NCBI GenBank assembly: GCA_036554965.1
Contig: DATBMG010000032.1
Span: 1-63,198, forward strand
Length of the DNA stretch: 63,198 nucleotides
From: Burkholderiales bacterium
GTDB taxonomy: Bacteria; Pseudomonadota; Gammaproteobacteria; Burkholderiales; SHXO01
Reading direction: 5' to 3'
Shown: one piece after another, positions 1 to 10,186 of the stretch
Position numbering within the stretch: the stretch's first letter is position 1
Layout: every line of letters starts with the position of its first letter
Made by a program: the position numbers and the translations under genes
Notes under the pieces: generated by a model
Seen by the model: the letters and a program-made list of their open reading frames with translations, nothing else
Database searches by the model: none
Told to the model about the DNA's origin: nothing

Positions 1-68
1 AGCGCATCCGCCAGATCGAGGCGCAGGCGATGAAGAAAATGCGGGGGCTGATCCCGGCGCCCGCCTGA
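1..68 (+). CDS. 3' end of a sigma-70 family sigma factor (RpoH-like region 4.2); 5' part lies outside the window
   Basis: Frame 3 reads RIRQIEAQAMKKMRGLIPAPA* with TGA at 66-68. The RQxExxAMKKxR pattern is typical of the RpoH C-terminus. Only 21 codons are visible. Confidence 0.5.
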   Translation, partial: RIRQIEAQAMKKMRGLIPAPA

Positions 69-85
69 CAAGACGCAAGGCAGCA

Positions 86-118
86 ACGCCGCCCGACCGG
101 GCGGCGTTTTTTTTGTTT
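86..118 (+). terminator. Rho-independent terminator after the sigma factor gene
   Basis: Perfect 9-bp GC stem acgccgccc / gggcggcgt (86-94 and 99-107) with a 4-nt loop, followed by a T8 run. Confidence 0.8.
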
Positions 119-145
119 CCGCAGCGGCCGGTGATTGCGGCCTGC

Positions 146-727
146 CTACCCTGCGCGCAGGAGCTGGCCGATGTCGTGCGCGAACACGTCCGCCCCTTGG
201 CCGTAGCCGACCAGCAGGCGCAGCCGCCCGGCCGTATCGTAGACGAAGGTCCCGGAGGAATGGTCCACGGAATACGTCTGCGCCGTCGCGCCCGGGCTCT
301 TCTGGTAGAAGACCTTGAACTCACGGGCGGTCTCGGCGATGGCCTCGGCATCGCCCGTCAGCCCCAGGAAGCCGGGATCCAGCGCCGTCACGTACCGCTT
401 CAAGACCTCGGGCGTGTCGCGCTGCGGATCCACGGTGATCATCACCACCTGCACGCGCTGCGCGTCGGTGCCCAGCCGCTTCAGCGCGCGAGCCAGCTCC
501 GAAAGAGTGATGGGGCAGACGTCGGGGCAATGCGTGAAGCCGAAGAACACCACCACGACCTTGCCGCGGAAATCCGCCAGCGTGCGCGGCTCGCCGTTGT
601 GATCGATCAGCTTGAAGTCGCGGCCCAATTCCGCACCCGTGATGTCGGTGGAACGGAACGCGGGCCCGCCTCCGCTGCAGCTCGCGAACACGAGGCAGGC
701 GGCGGCGCAGGCAAGATTGCGCAGCAC
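146..727 (-). CDS. SCO1/SenC family copper chaperone (thioredoxin fold) for cytochrome oxidase CuA assembly
   Basis: 193-aa ORF with an N-terminal signal/lipobox-like sequence (LVFASC), the CPDVCP copper-binding motif and a downstream His (VDHSSGTF). Confidence 0.85.
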   Translation of the reverse strand: MLRNLACAAACLVFASCSGGGPAFRSTDITGAELGRDFKLIDHNGEPRTLADFRGKVVVVFFGFTHCPDVCPITLSELARALKRLGTDAQRVQVVMITVDPQRDTPEVLKRYVTALDPGFLGLTGDAEAIAETAREFKVFYQKSPGATAQTYSVDHSSGTFVYDTAGRLRLLVGYGQGADVFAHDIGQLLRAG

Positions 728-815
728 AGTGTTTGTCCCCGGACGCCGCTCCGGTCGCGGCTCGGCGCCTCAGCCCCAGCGGGAGCGGTGCGTCGCCGTG
801 CCGGGAACAGGTCGG

Positions 816-1715
816 CTAAATGACGATACGGAAGTAGTGGTCCAGCAGCAGCGCCGCGAACAGCGCCGACAGGTACACGATGGAGTAGCGGAAGGTCTTG
901 TGCGCGAGGCGATCGCTGTAGTCGGTGTAGATCCTGATCGCATACCACAGGAACACCCCGCCCAGCGCGAGCGCAGCCGCCAGATAGATCACGCCGCTCA
1001 TGCGCGTGCTGAACGGCAGCAGACTGACCGCGAACAGGATCAGCGTGTAGAACAGCACGTGCAGGCGCGTGAAGCGGTCGCCGTGGGTGACCGGCAGCAT
1101 CGGCACACCGGCCTTGGCATATTCCTTCTTGCGGTACAGGGCCAGCGCCCAGAAGTGCGGCGGCGTCCACGCGAAGATGATCAGGAACAGCAGCAGCGCG
1201 TCCGAGTGCAGCTCGCCGGTGACCGCGGTCCAGCCCAGCACCGGCGGCATGGCGCCGGAGGCGCCGCCGATCACGATGTTCTGCGGCGTGAGCGGCTTCA
1301 GGATCATGGTGTAGATGACCGCGTAGCCGAGAAAGGTGGCGAGCGTCAGCCACATCGTCAGGGGGTTGACCAGCGCGTGCAGCATGGTGAGCCCGGTCCC
1401 GCCGACCACGCAGGCGAACAGCAGCGTCTGCAGGGAGGTCACCTGCCCCATGGGCAGGGGCCGCGCGCGCGTGCGTGCCATCAGCGCATCGACCTTCTGC
1501 TCCACCAGGCAGTTGACCGCGGCCGCGGCGCCGGCGACCAGTGCGATGCCGAGAGTGCCGAACAGCAGTGCCTGCAGCGGCACCATGCCGGGCGTGGCCA
1601 GGAACATGCCGATCACCGCAGTGAAGACGATCAGGGAAACGACGCGCGGCTTGGTAAGCGCCAGAAACTCCCGCAGCCGGGAAAGAGAGATCTGTTGTTG
1701 TACGCCGGTCGTCAT
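816..1715 (-). CDS. ctaB: Protoheme IX farnesyltransferase (heme O synthase)
   Basis: Polytopic UbiA-family protein with motifs LTKPRV and [17 protein letters not shown]. Start placed at MTTGVQQQ (ATG 1713-1715); the annotated ORF extension to 1820 is unlikely to be translated. Confidence 0.9.
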   Translation of the reverse strand: MTTGVQQQISLSRLREFLALTKPRVVSLIVFTAVIGMFLATPGMVPLQALLFGTLGIALVAGAAAAVNCLVEQKVDALMARTRARPLPMGQVTSLQTLLFACVVGGTGLTMLHALVNPLTMWLTLATFLGYAVIYTMILKPLTPQNIVIGGASGAMPPVLGWTAVTGELHSDALLLFLIIFAWTPPHFWALALYRKKEYAKAGVPMLPVTHGDRFTRLHVLFYTLILFAVSLLPFSTRMSGVIYLAAALALGGVFLWYAIRIYTDYSDRLAHKTFRYSIVYLSALFAALLLDHYFRIVI

Positions 1716-1897
1716 GGCGGAACCAGTCGCGCAAGCAAGTGCCGGCGGAAGGCGCCGGCGGGACGGCAGTGTACCATCCCCGTCCCCATGGCGCTGCGGT
1801 CCGCCTTCAGAAACGAACAAGCCCCGCGAAGATCGCGGGGCTTGGATTACACCGATCGGACAAGCGTCCGACTCGACGGACCGGGCGAAAGCGCGGA

Positions 1898-2410
1898 TCA
1901 GGGAAACGCCGGGACCGTCGGCTCGACCCCGCCGTCCTTGTCTTCCGGGTGGCGTTTGCGCAGCAGCGACTGAATCTCCTCGACGCGCCGGAACGGCACA
2001 TCGACCATCATCAGGTATTTGCCTTCCTCGATGTCCTTGGCGAAGGCGAGCAGCCTGGTGTTGGGCAGGCTCGCCGCAACCATGCTCGAGGCCCAGGTGC
2101 CGAACAACGCGCCGCCCAGCGCCGTGATCAGCACCGTCACCAGCTGCAGTTGCACGCCGCCGAGGGGGACCAGCACGAGGACCACGCCCAGCAACAGCCC
2201 GAGCGCACCTCCGATCACCAGGCCAAGCTCAGCGCCGTGGACCAGGTCGGTCTTCTGCAGGACGTTGGCCTCGTGCAGCTGGTCCATGGGCGCGCCGGGT
2301 CTGGCGAGGACATGGATGTGGCGTTCGTCGATGCGGGCGAGCAACAGATCGTTCATCGTCCGTTGCGCCGCCTCCAGATCGGGACAGATCACGTACAGCC
2401 TGCGCCGCAT
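1898..2410 (-). CDS. Conserved hypothetical membrane protein with two Gly-rich TM helices
   Basis: ORF starting at [11 protein letters not shown], preceded by an AGGAGG SD. Central hydrophobic GxxxG-rich segment. No family assigned with certainty. Confidence 0.55.
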   Translation of the reverse strand: MRRRLYVICPDLEAAQRTMNDLLLARIDERHIHVLARPGAPMDQLHEANVLQKTDLVHGAELGLVIGGALGLLLGVVLVLVPLGGVQLQLVTVLITALGGALFGTWASSMVAASLPNTRLLAFAKDIEEGKYLMMVDVPFRRVEEIQSLLRKRHPEDKDGGVEPTVPAFP

Positions 2411-2651
2411 TGCAACCTCCTGTGGTCCAAGAACGCGGGATATCGACTGCCGACATAATCGAAGCAATTATCATTCTAGACTTTGTTGGCGATGGCAAGG
2501 CCCGCCGCTGCCTGCGCAATGAGGATGCCTGCCCGCCGAGCGCTCCGCAGACGCAACCTCGTCGACCCGGCGTGCCGCACCGCCGGTTGACGAGCCGCTG
2601 CCCCGAGTGCATTGTGGCGGCCGCAGAACGAACCTTCCACAGGAGGAACCG

Positions 2652-3425
2652 ATGGCGCAGGTAACCGCGGGCAGGGACGACGAATCGCGCATGCCGGTGG
2701 TGAGAGCGATTGAGGCCGGCGCGCCGTTGCGCTGGCTTGCGAAGGGCTGGCGTGACCTGTGGCGCGCGCCGGTCGCGAGCCTCCTGTACGGCGTGGTGTT
2801 CGCCGCGATCGGGGCGTTCCTGGTGTCCTTCGCCTGGGCCCACAATCACATCGCGCCGACGCTGCTGAGCGGATTTCTGCTGGTGGCGCCGGTCCTGGCC
2901 ATCAACCTCTACGCATTGTCGCGGCAGATCGAGCGGGACGGCCGCCCGGATCCGATGAAAGCGTTGACCGCGTGGCGCCCGAACGCAGGCTCGATCGCAC
3001 TGTTCGGGCTGCTGCTCGCGTTCGCGCTGATCGCCTGGGAACGCATCTCGGCGATCTTGTTCGCGCTGTTCTATGGCGGTACGGTGCCGGACCTGAAGAA
3101 CTTCCTGAGCGACGTGCTGTTCTCGGGGCGTTACCACCAGTTGCTGGTCGCCTACTTCGGCATCGGCGCGATCATCGCGGCGGTGGTGTTCGCGGTGTCG
3201 GTGGTGTCCCTGCCGATGCTGCTCGACCGCGAGGTCGACACCGCTACGGCGGTGATCACCAGCGTGCGTGCGGTGACGAGCAACCTCGGGCCGATGATCC
3301 TGTGGGCCGCGATGCTGGCTGTGCTCGCCGCGATCGGCATCGCCACCTGGATGATCGGGCTGGTGCTGATCTTCCCGTGGCTGGGGCATGCCTCGTGGCA
3401 TGCCTACCGCGAGCTGGTCGAGTAA
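2652..3425 (+). CDS. DUF2189-type integral membrane protein, a family often found next to cytochrome oxidase genes
   Basis: AGGAGG SD at 2641-2646, then ATG at 2652. N-terminus (PLRWLAKGWRDLWRAP) and five or six TM segments are typical of the DUF2189 family. Confidence 0.7.
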   Translation: MAQVTAGRDDESRMPVVRAIEAGAPLRWLAKGWRDLWRAPVASLLYGVVFAAIGAFLVSFAWAHNHIAPTLLSGFLLVAPVLAINLYALSRQIERDGRPDPMKALTAWRPNAGSIALFGLLLAFALIAWERISAILFALFYGGTVPDLKNFLSDVLFSGRYHQLLVAYFGIGAIIAAVVFAVSVVSLPMLLDREVDTATAVITSVRAVTSNLGPMILWAAMLAVLAAIGIATWMIGLVLIFPWLGHASWHAYRELVE

Positions 3426-3481
3426 CGCCCGGGTGAACGAGGCTGCGCCGGGTCGCCGCATCGGGTCGAGGTAGCGGCGGT

Positions 3482-4840
3482 TTGTCGGCCAACTGGCGCA
3501 GTCCGGCGCTGGTCCTCACCGGCGCCGCGGCCATCCTCGCGCTCGGCCTCGGCCTGCGCCAGAGCTTCGCTCTGTTCCTGCCTGCGAACGCCGATCTGGG
3601 GTGGGCGCGCGGCGACTTCTCTTTCGCCTTGGCGGTGTCGACCCTCGTCTGGGGGCTGGCACAGCCGTTCTTCGGCGCGTGGGCCGACCAGAAGGGCGCC
3701 GGGCGGGTCGTCGCCGTCGGCGGTCTGCTGTTCGCCGCCGGCCTCGGGTCGATGCCGCTGGCGACCACGCCTCTGGCGCTGACGCTGAGCGCTGGGCTGA
3801 TGGTCGGCTTGGGGCTGGGCGCGACCGGCTTCGGAGTCATACTCGGCGTGGTGGGCCGCGCGTTCGCTCCCGAGCGACGCAGCGCAGCGCTCGGCATCGC
3901 ATCCTCAGGCGCGTCGTTCGGGCAATTCCTGGCGCTGCCGCTGGGGCCGCTCCTGACCTCGGCGCTGGGCTGGCAGGCCACGCTGTTGGTTCTGGCCGGC
4001 ATCGCTCTGGCGACTGTTCCGCTGGCCCTGGCAATGGTGGAGCCGCGTCCTCCTGTGGCTGCACCGGCCAACCGGCTCTCGCTCGTCGAGACGCTGCGCG
4101 AAGCCCGTGCTCACGCTGGGTTTCGCTATCTGACAGCCGGGTTCTTCGTATCCGGGGCCCAGATCGCGTTCATCCTCGGCCATCTGCCCGCCTATCTGCT
4201 GGAGGTGCGGATGACTCCGGGCGTGGGTGCGACGGCATTGGCGCTGATCGGGGCGTCCAGCATCGCCGGGTGCGTCGTCACCGGCTATCTGGGCGCGCGC
4301 CAGAGCAGGAAGGTTCTTCTGGCGGGGATTCACGTCCTGCGTGCGTTGCTCGTCGCCTTGTTCCTGGGACTCCCGGTGTCGCCGGCGACGGTATATCTGT
4401 TCGCCGCCGGCATCGGTTTCCTGTGGCTGGGCACCGTGCCGCTCGCGAGCGGCCTGGTGCTACAGCTGTTGGGCGCACGCTTCGCCTGCACGCTGCTCGG
4501 AGTTCTGTTCCTGGCTTATCAGCTCGGCGGCTTCGTGGGCATGTGGCTGGGAGGCCATTCGCTCGGCGTCGGCGGCTCGTACGATCCCGTGTGGGCCGGC
4601 GGCATGGCCTTGGGTGTTGTCGCAGCCATTCTCCATCTGCCCATCGACGAGCCGCCGCTCGAGCAGGCGGGCGCAGGCGAAGTGAGCCGCCGCGGCCGGC
4701 ATGCCGTGCCCTTGTGGATCGGCCTCGCCATCCTCTGTCCGGTGCTGGTCTTGCTCGCCTTGCGCGGTTATTACGCCCCGTCCGTGCTGATCGACTTCGC
4801 CAACATCAAGCTTTGCGCGCTTGCTGCCGTACCCACCTGA
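3482..4840 (+). CDS. MFS transporter
   Basis: 452-aa, roughly 12-TM hydrophobic protein with MFS-like loop motifs. TTG start as given by the ORF track. Confidence 0.75.
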   Translation: MSANWRSPALVLTGAAAILALGLGLRQSFALFLPANADLGWARGDFSFALAVSTLVWGLAQPFFGAWADQKGAGRVVAVGGLLFAAGLGSMPLATTPLALTLSAGLMVGLGLGATGFGVILGVVGRAFAPERRSAALGIASSGASFGQFLALPLGPLLTSALGWQATLLVLAGIALATVPLALAMVEPRPPVAAPANRLSLVETLREARAHAGFRYLTAGFFVSGAQIAFILGHLPAYLLEVRMTPGVGATALALIGASSIAGCVVTGYLGARQSRKVLLAGIHVLRALLVALFLGLPVSPATVYLFAAGIGFLWLGTVPLASGLVLQLLGARFACTLLGVLFLAYQLGGFVGMWLGGHSLGVGGSYDPVWAGGMALGVVAAILHLPIDEPPLEQAGAGEVSRRGRHAVPLWIGLAILCPVLVLLALRGYYAPSVLIDFANIKLCALAAVPT

Positions 4841-5106
4841 GTAGAAAGTCTTGACTCCGTGGGGTACACTCCGCCCTGAAGGGGAGGCACTCGCGAGGAG
4901 GTTGGTGCTTATCGCAGTGCAGGAAAAACGGACATGAGGTGGCCCGCACGAGCCTGGAGCGGGTGGCCGGGGTGGCCCGGGGTCGTTCAAGCCGGTCTGC
5001 GCTGCGCGAAAAGGGCCGTTCCTGCATCGCATCACCCACGGCCCGCGAGGTCCTGTCCAAGCAGTCCGGCTCGAAGCTCCGACCAATCAAAACCGAGGCC
5101 ACCGCT

Positions 5107-6459
5107 ATGGTCTTAGCAATCGTATTGGTTCTGCTGATCGTTGGCTCCCTCCTGTTTCACTTCCTGAGCCCGTGGTACTTCACGCCGATCGCCTCCAACT
5201 GGGGCATGATCGACACCACGGTGAACATCACGTTCTGGGTCACTGGGTTCGTCTTCGTCGCCGTCAACCTGTTCATGGTCTATTGCGTGGTGCGCTACCG
5301 CAACCGCAGGGGAGCCCGGGCGGAGTACGCGCCGGAGAACAAGAAGCTGGAGGGATGGCTCGTCGCAGTGACCACGGTCGGCGTGGTCGCCATGCTCGCG
5401 CCCGGCCTGTTCGTCTGGGCGAAATTCGTCGATCCGCCGGAAGACGCGGCGGTGGTAGAGGCTATAGGCCGGCAGTGGCATTGGTCCTATCGCTTCCCCG
5501 GGCAGGACGGCAAGCTGGGCACCGTCGATGCCCGCCACGTCAGCGACCAGAACCCGTTCGGCATGAACCCGGACGATCCCAACGGACGCGACGACATCCT
5601 GGTATCGAGCCCCGAGTTGCATCTGCCCGTGGGCAGGCCGGTCAAGGCGCTGCTGCGCTCCATCGACGTGCTGCACGACTTCGCCGTACCGCAGTTCCGC
5701 GTCAAGATGGATCTGGTGCCTGGACTGGTCACCTTCGTTTGGTTCGCGCCCACGCGCACCGGCAAATTCGACCTGCTGTGCGAGGAGCTGTGCGGCCTGG
5801 CGCACTACACCATGCGCGGCAAAGTCGTGGTGGAAGAGGAAGGCGCCTTTCAGGCGTGGTTGAGCAGCCATCCGACCTACGCGCAATCCTCGGCTCGAGT
5901 GTCCGGCGACGCCGAAGCAGGCAAGGCCCTCTACGCGGTGTGCGCCGCCTGTCATGGCGCCGAGGCGGAGGGCAACCCCGCGCTGCATGCGCCGAAGTTG
6001 AGCGGGCAGGCAGACTGGTACCTGAAACGCCAGTTGACCCATTTCAAGCAGGGGGCCCGCGGCGCGCACGAGCAGGACACTTATGGTAAACAGATGGCGC
6101 CGATGGCCGCCACGCTGGCCGACGAGGCGGCTGTCGACAACGTCGTGGCGTATGTCGCGACGCTGCCGGACAACCCCGCACCGGCGACGTTGCAGCAGTC
6201 CACCGCGAGGGGAAAGAAGCTGTACGTGAATTGTGCCGCGTGTCACGGTGCCGACGGACGCGGGATACAGGCGATGAACGCCCCGCGACTGGCGGGTATC
6301 AGCGATTGGTATCTGGTCACGCAGCTGAACAACTTCAAGCAGGGGATTCGCGGCGCGCATCCGCAGGACCTGTACGGCCCGCAGATGATGTCGATGGCCG
6401 CCAGTCTCACCGGCGAACGAGCAATCAGCGATCTGGTCGCCTACATCGGCAGCCTGTGA
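5107..6459 (+). CDS. coxM: Cytochrome c oxidase subunit II fused to a C-terminal diheme cytochrome c (alternative oxidase, CoxM-like)
   Basis: Two N-terminal TM helices, CuA site H...CEELCGLAHYTM, and two CAACHG heme-c motifs. Start at MVLAIVLVLL (ATG 5107). Confidence 0.9.
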   Translation: MVLAIVLVLLIVGSLLFHFLSPWYFTPIASNWGMIDTTVNITFWVTGFVFVAVNLFMVYCVVRYRNRRGARAEYAPENKKLEGWLVAVTTVGVVAMLAPGLFVWAKFVDPPEDAAVVEAIGRQWHWSYRFPGQDGKLGTVDARHVSDQNPFGMNPDDPNGRDDILVSSPELHLPVGRPVKALLRSIDVLHDFAVPQFRVKMDLVPGLVTFVWFAPTRTGKFDLLCEELCGLAHYTMRGKVVVEEEGAFQAWLSSHPTYAQSSARVSGDAEAGKALYAVCAACHGAEAEGNPALHAPKLSGQADWYLKRQLTHFKQGARGAHEQDTYGKQMAPMAATLADEAAVDNVVAYVATLPDNPAPATLQQSTARGKKLYVNCAACHGADGRGIQAMNAPRLAGISDWYLVTQLNNFKQGIRGAHPQDLYGPQMMSMAASLTGERAISDLVAYIGSL

Positions 6460-6534
6460 GCGGAGGTCTCGGAGGCCAGACGCGAACGGAATCGAGCAAG
6501 ACGAGCAGTTAGCGAGCGACGAGGAGATATTTAG

Positions 6535-8295
6535 ATGAGCTACGTTGCGCATGACGAATCGGCGTTCGTCCCTCCCGCCGAAGTCGAAGAGGTCGAGCTC
6601 TACCACCCGAAAACCTGGATCGGGAAGTATGTCTGGAGCCAGGACGCCAAGGTGATCGCCATCCAGTACGGGATCACCGCAATGGGGATCGGGCTGGTGG
6701 CCCTGGTGTTGTCGGGATTGATGCGCCTGCAACTGGGCTTCCCGCACACCTTCTCGTTCATCGATCCGGGCGCCTATCTCCAGTTCGTCACCATGCACGG
6801 CATGATCATGGTGATCTACCTGCTCACCGCGCTGTTCCTGGGCGGTTTCGGGAACTACCTGATTCCGCTGATGGTGGGCGCGCGCGACATGGTGTTCCCC
6901 TATGTGAACATGGTGAGCTACTGGGTCTATCTGTTCGCCGTGCTGCTGCTAGTGGCGAGCTTCTTCGTGCCCGGCGGGCCGACCGGCGCCGGCTGGACCC
7001 TGTACCCGCCCCAGGCCATCCTGGAGGGTACGCCGGGGGCGGATTGGGGAATCATCCTGATGCTCGTGTCCCTGGCCTTCTTCATCATCGGCTTCACCAT
7101 GGGCGGCCTGAACTACGTCGTGACGGTGCTGCAGGCGCGCACCCGAGGCATGACGCTGATGCGTCTGCCGTTGACGGTGTGGGGCATCTTCATGGCCACG
7201 ATCCTGGCGCTGCTGGCCTTCCCCGCGTTATTCGTGAGCGCCGTGATGATGACGCTGGACCAAGCGCTGGGCACCAGCTTCTTCATGCCGGCCCTGGTTT
7301 CGCAGGGGCAGCAGCTCGGCTATTCCGGCGGCAGCCCGGTGCTGTTCCAGCACCTGTTCTGGTTCTTCGGCCATCCCGAGGTCTACATCGTGGTGCTGCC
7401 CGCCTTCGGCATCGTCTCCGACCTGATCAGCATCCACGCCAGGAAGAACATCTTCGGCTATCGGATGATGGTGTGGGCGATCCTAGCCATCGGCGGCCTG
7501 AGCTTCATCGTCTGGGCGCACCACATGTACGTGAGCGGGATGGACCCGTACTTCGGATTCTTCTTCGCCACCACGACGTTGATCATCGCGGTGCCGACCG
7601 CCATCAAGGTCTACAACTGGGTGCTGACCCTGTGGCGCGGAAACATCCACCTCACCGTCCCGATGCTGTTCGCCATCGCCTTCGTATTCACCTTCATCAA
7701 CGGCGGATTGACCGGGTTGTTCCTGGGTAACGTGACCGTGGATCTGCCGCTATCCGACACCATGTTCGTGGTCGCCCATTTCCACATGGTGATGGCGGTG
7801 TCGCCGGTGCTGGCCGTGTTCGGGGCGATCTACCACTGGTACCCGAAGATCACCGGGCGCATGCTGGACGATACCCTGGGCAAGATCCACTTCTGGGTCA
7901 CCTTCATCGGCACCTATGCGATCTACTATCCGATGCACTATCTGGGTATCCTGGGCGTGCCGCGGCGCTACTACGCCGTCCAGAACCTGGACTTCGTCCC
8001 GCAATCGGCGCACGAGCTGAACGTCGCCATCACCATCGCCGCGCTGATCGTGGCGGCGGCACAGGTGGTGTTCCTGTACAACCTGGTGCGCAGCTACTTC
8101 GCGGGCAAGCCTGCGGGCGGCAACCCGTGGCGCGCCACCACGCTCGAATGGCAGACCCCCGACACCCCGCCGAAGCACGGTAATTTCGGCGACAAGCTGC
8201 CGGTGGTCTATCGCTGGGCTTACGACTACAGCGTACCGGGCGCCCCCGAGGACTTTATTCCGCAGAACCAGCCGCCCGTGCGCAAGCCGGCGTAG
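6535..8295 (+). CDS. coxN: Cytochrome c oxidase subunit I (alternative oxidase, CoxN-like)
   Basis: 586 aa with motifs GHPEVY, WAHHMY and VAHFH. Uninterrupted ORF. Confidence 0.92.
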   Translation: MSYVAHDESAFVPPAEVEEVELYHPKTWIGKYVWSQDAKVIAIQYGITAMGIGLVALVLSGLMRLQLGFPHTFSFIDPGAYLQFVTMHGMIMVIYLLTALFLGGFGNYLIPLMVGARDMVFPYVNMVSYWVYLFAVLLLVASFFVPGGPTGAGWTLYPPQAILEGTPGADWGIILMLVSLAFFIIGFTMGGLNYVVTVLQARTRGMTLMRLPLTVWGIFMATILALLAFPALFVSAVMMTLDQALGTSFFMPALVSQGQQLGYSGGSPVLFQHLFWFFGHPEVYIVVLPAFGIVSDLISIHARKNIFGYRMMVWAILAIGGLSFIVWAHHMYVSGMDPYFGFFFATTTLIIAVPTAIKVYNWVLTLWRGNIHLTVPMLFAIAFVFTFINGGLTGLFLGNVTVDLPLSDTMFVVAHFHMVMAVSPVLAVFGAIYHWYPKITGRMLDDTLGKIHFWVTFIGTYAIYYPMHYLGILGVPRRYYAVQNLDFVPQSAHELNVAITIAALIVAAAQVVFLYNLVRSYFAGKPAGGNPWRATTLEWQTPDTPPKHGNFGDKLPVVYRWAYDYSVPGAPEDFIPQNQPPVRKPA

Positions 8296-8351
8296 CCGCC
8301 CATGAACCAGCGTGAAGAGCCCATGAACCGGTGTAATGAGAAGGCGCGGCC

Positions 8352-9038
8352 ATGACCATCACCCTGCTGGTGCTCGCCGTGATCATGGCCGTCGTCGTCT
8401 GGTGGCTGTTGCGCCAGACGGTGAACGTCAGCCCCTGGGTCGAGCAACAATCGATTCAGGACGGTCCGGAAGGAGGCGCCGTCTCCCTGCCCCCGGTGAA
8501 GCTCGGGTTGGGTGTGTTTCTCGGGGTCGCGACATCTCTGTTCGTGCTGCTCATCAGCGCCTACTTCATGCGCATGATGGCCACGGACTGGATCGACCTG
8601 AGCGTTCCGCGCGTGCTGTGGCTGAACACCGCCGCCTTGATCCTGGCCAGCGTCGCGATGCAGTCGAGCGTGGCTGCGGCGCGACGCGCACAGGGCGACG
8701 CGGTGAGAATCGGCCTGATGGCGGCGGGCGGGTTCAGCTTCTTCTTTCTGCTCGGACAGCTGTGGGCGTGGCAGGAGCTCAATGCCGCGGGCTATTTCGC
8801 CACGTCCAATCCCGCCAATGCTTTCTTCTACCTGCTCACCGCGATGCACGGATTGCACCTGCTGGGCGGCCTGTGGGTCTGGTGCCGGACCACGGCCAAG
8901 GTGTGGCGCGGCGTCGAGGTCGCGAAGGTGCGGTTGAGCGTTGAGCTGTGCACCGTGTACTGGCACTACCTGCTCCTGGTCTGGCTGGTTCTGTTCGCGC
9001 TGCTGAGCTATCCCACGCAGTTCGCGTTGCATCGCTAG
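8352..9038 (+). CDS. coxO: Heme-copper oxidase subunit III family protein (CoxO-like)
   Basis: 228-aa polytopic protein with the subunit III-like C-terminal motif (YWHYLLLVW), located directly after coxN. Confidence 0.75.
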   Translation: MTITLLVLAVIMAVVVWWLLRQTVNVSPWVEQQSIQDGPEGGAVSLPPVKLGLGVFLGVATSLFVLLISAYFMRMMATDWIDLSVPRVLWLNTAALILASVAMQSSVAAARRAQGDAVRIGLMAAGGFSFFFLLGQLWAWQELNAAGYFATSNPANAFFYLLTAMHGLHLLGGLWVWCRTTAKVWRGVEVAKVRLSVELCTVYWHYLLLVWLVLFALLSYPTQFALHR

Positions 9039-9072
9039 GTGCCGTCGTCCACATGAAGGGGGGTCGAACAAC

Positions 9073-9789
9073 ATGACGCAACCCGCGCTGACGAGTGCGC
9101 AACAATTGCCCGCAGGCTTGCCGGGCGTCGTCGCCGACTGGTCCTCGGACCAGCGGGCATTCAAGAAGGTGCCCTGGTACAAGGCGATGATGTGGATCTT
9201 CCTGCTCAGCGACACGTTCATCTTCAGCTGCTTCCTGATCTCGTACATGACCGTGCGGGCATCCACCACGGAGCCTTGGCCGAACCCCAGCGAGGTGTTC
9301 GCCCTGACGATGTTCGGTCAGAAGATCCCCATGATCCTGATCGCCATCATGACCTTCGTCCTGATCAGCAGCAGCGGGACGATGGTCCTGGCCGTGAACT
9401 ACGGCTACCGCAAGGATCGCGTCAGGACGTTCATCTTCCTGCTGCTCACCGCGGCACTGGGCGCCACGTTCGTCGGGATGCAGGCGTTCGAGTGGACCAA
9501 GCTGATCATGGACGAGGGGGTGCGACCGTGGAGCAACCCCATGGGCGCGCCCCAGTTCGGCTCGAGCTTTTTCATGATCACCGGCTTCCACGGCACGCAC
9601 GTCTCGTTCGGCGTGCTGTTCCTGATCATCATAGCCATCAAGGTCCTGCGCGGCGATCTGGATAAGGAACGGCCGGGCTTCATGACCGGCAGGAAAGGCA
9701 ACTACGAGATCGTCGAGACCATGGGGCTGTACTGGCACTTCGTCGATCTGGTGTGGGTATTCATCTTCGCCGTCTTCTATCTCTGGTAG
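9073..9789 (+). CDS. coxP: Cytochrome c oxidase subunit III (CoxP-like)
   Basis: 238 aa with motifs ITGFHGTHV and YWHFVDLVW. Confidence 0.85.
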   Translation: MTQPALTSAQQLPAGLPGVVADWSSDQRAFKKVPWYKAMMWIFLLSDTFIFSCFLISYMTVRASTTEPWPNPSEVFALTMFGQKIPMILIAIMTFVLISSSGTMVLAVNYGYRKDRVRTFIFLLLTAALGATFVGMQAFEWTKLIMDEGVRPWSNPMGAPQFGSSFFMITGFHGTHVSFGVLFLIIIAIKVLRGDLDKERPGFMTGRKGNYEIVETMGLYWHFVDLVWVFIFAVFYLW

Positions 9790-9796
9790 GCAAACC

Positions 9797-10186
9797 ATGG
9801 CACACGCGCAAGGGCAACACGCGGCACACGCCGTAGGACAGCAAGAAAAACATGTGGAGGGCCAGCAGCATCCGCTCGGAATCTATCTCAAGATCTGGGG
9901 CTGGCTGTTCGTCCTCAGCGCCGCATCCTACGCAGTCGACTACTTCCACGTTCAGGGCTACCTGCGCTGGTTCCTGATCCTCACCTTCATGATGCTGAAG
10001 GCCGGACTGATCGTCGCGGTGTTCATGCACATGCTGTGGGAGCGGCTGGCCTTGGTCTACGCCATTCTGGTCCCGCCGCTGTTGTTGCTGGTACTGCTGG
10101 CGATCGGCGCGCTCGAAGCGGACTACACTTTCCTCACACGGGGGACGTTCTTCGGAGGGGTGTCCGAGGCGGCGCCGAAGCATTAG
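9797..10186 (+). CDS. Small cytochrome oxidase subunit IV-like membrane protein
   Basis: 129 aa, three TM helices, last gene of the coxMNOP-like operon. Confidence 0.6.
   Translation: MAHAQGQHAAHAVGQQEKHVEGQQHPLGIYLKIWGWLFVLSAASYAVDYFHVQGYLRWFLILTFMMLKAGLIVAVFMHMLWERLALVYAILVPPLLLLVLLAIGALEADYTFLTRGTFFGGVSEAAPKH

Noticed and set aside
4939-5106. A 56-codon N-terminal extension of coxM offered by the ORF track.
   Set aside because: The extension is Arg/Ser-rich and not hydrophobic. Subunit II proteins begin at the first TM helix, which matches ATG 5107.
5113-6798. A 561-aa ORF antisense to coxM/coxN. Similar long antisense or out-of-frame ORFs occur at 607-1734, 612-1973, 12938-14884, 23144-25144, 38186-39439 and 44449-46677.
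   Set aside because: These are typical high-GC artefacts. They are Arg/Ala/Gly/Pro-rich low-complexity translations with no recognisable motifs, and each fully overlaps a gene with strong family signatures on the other strand or in another frame.
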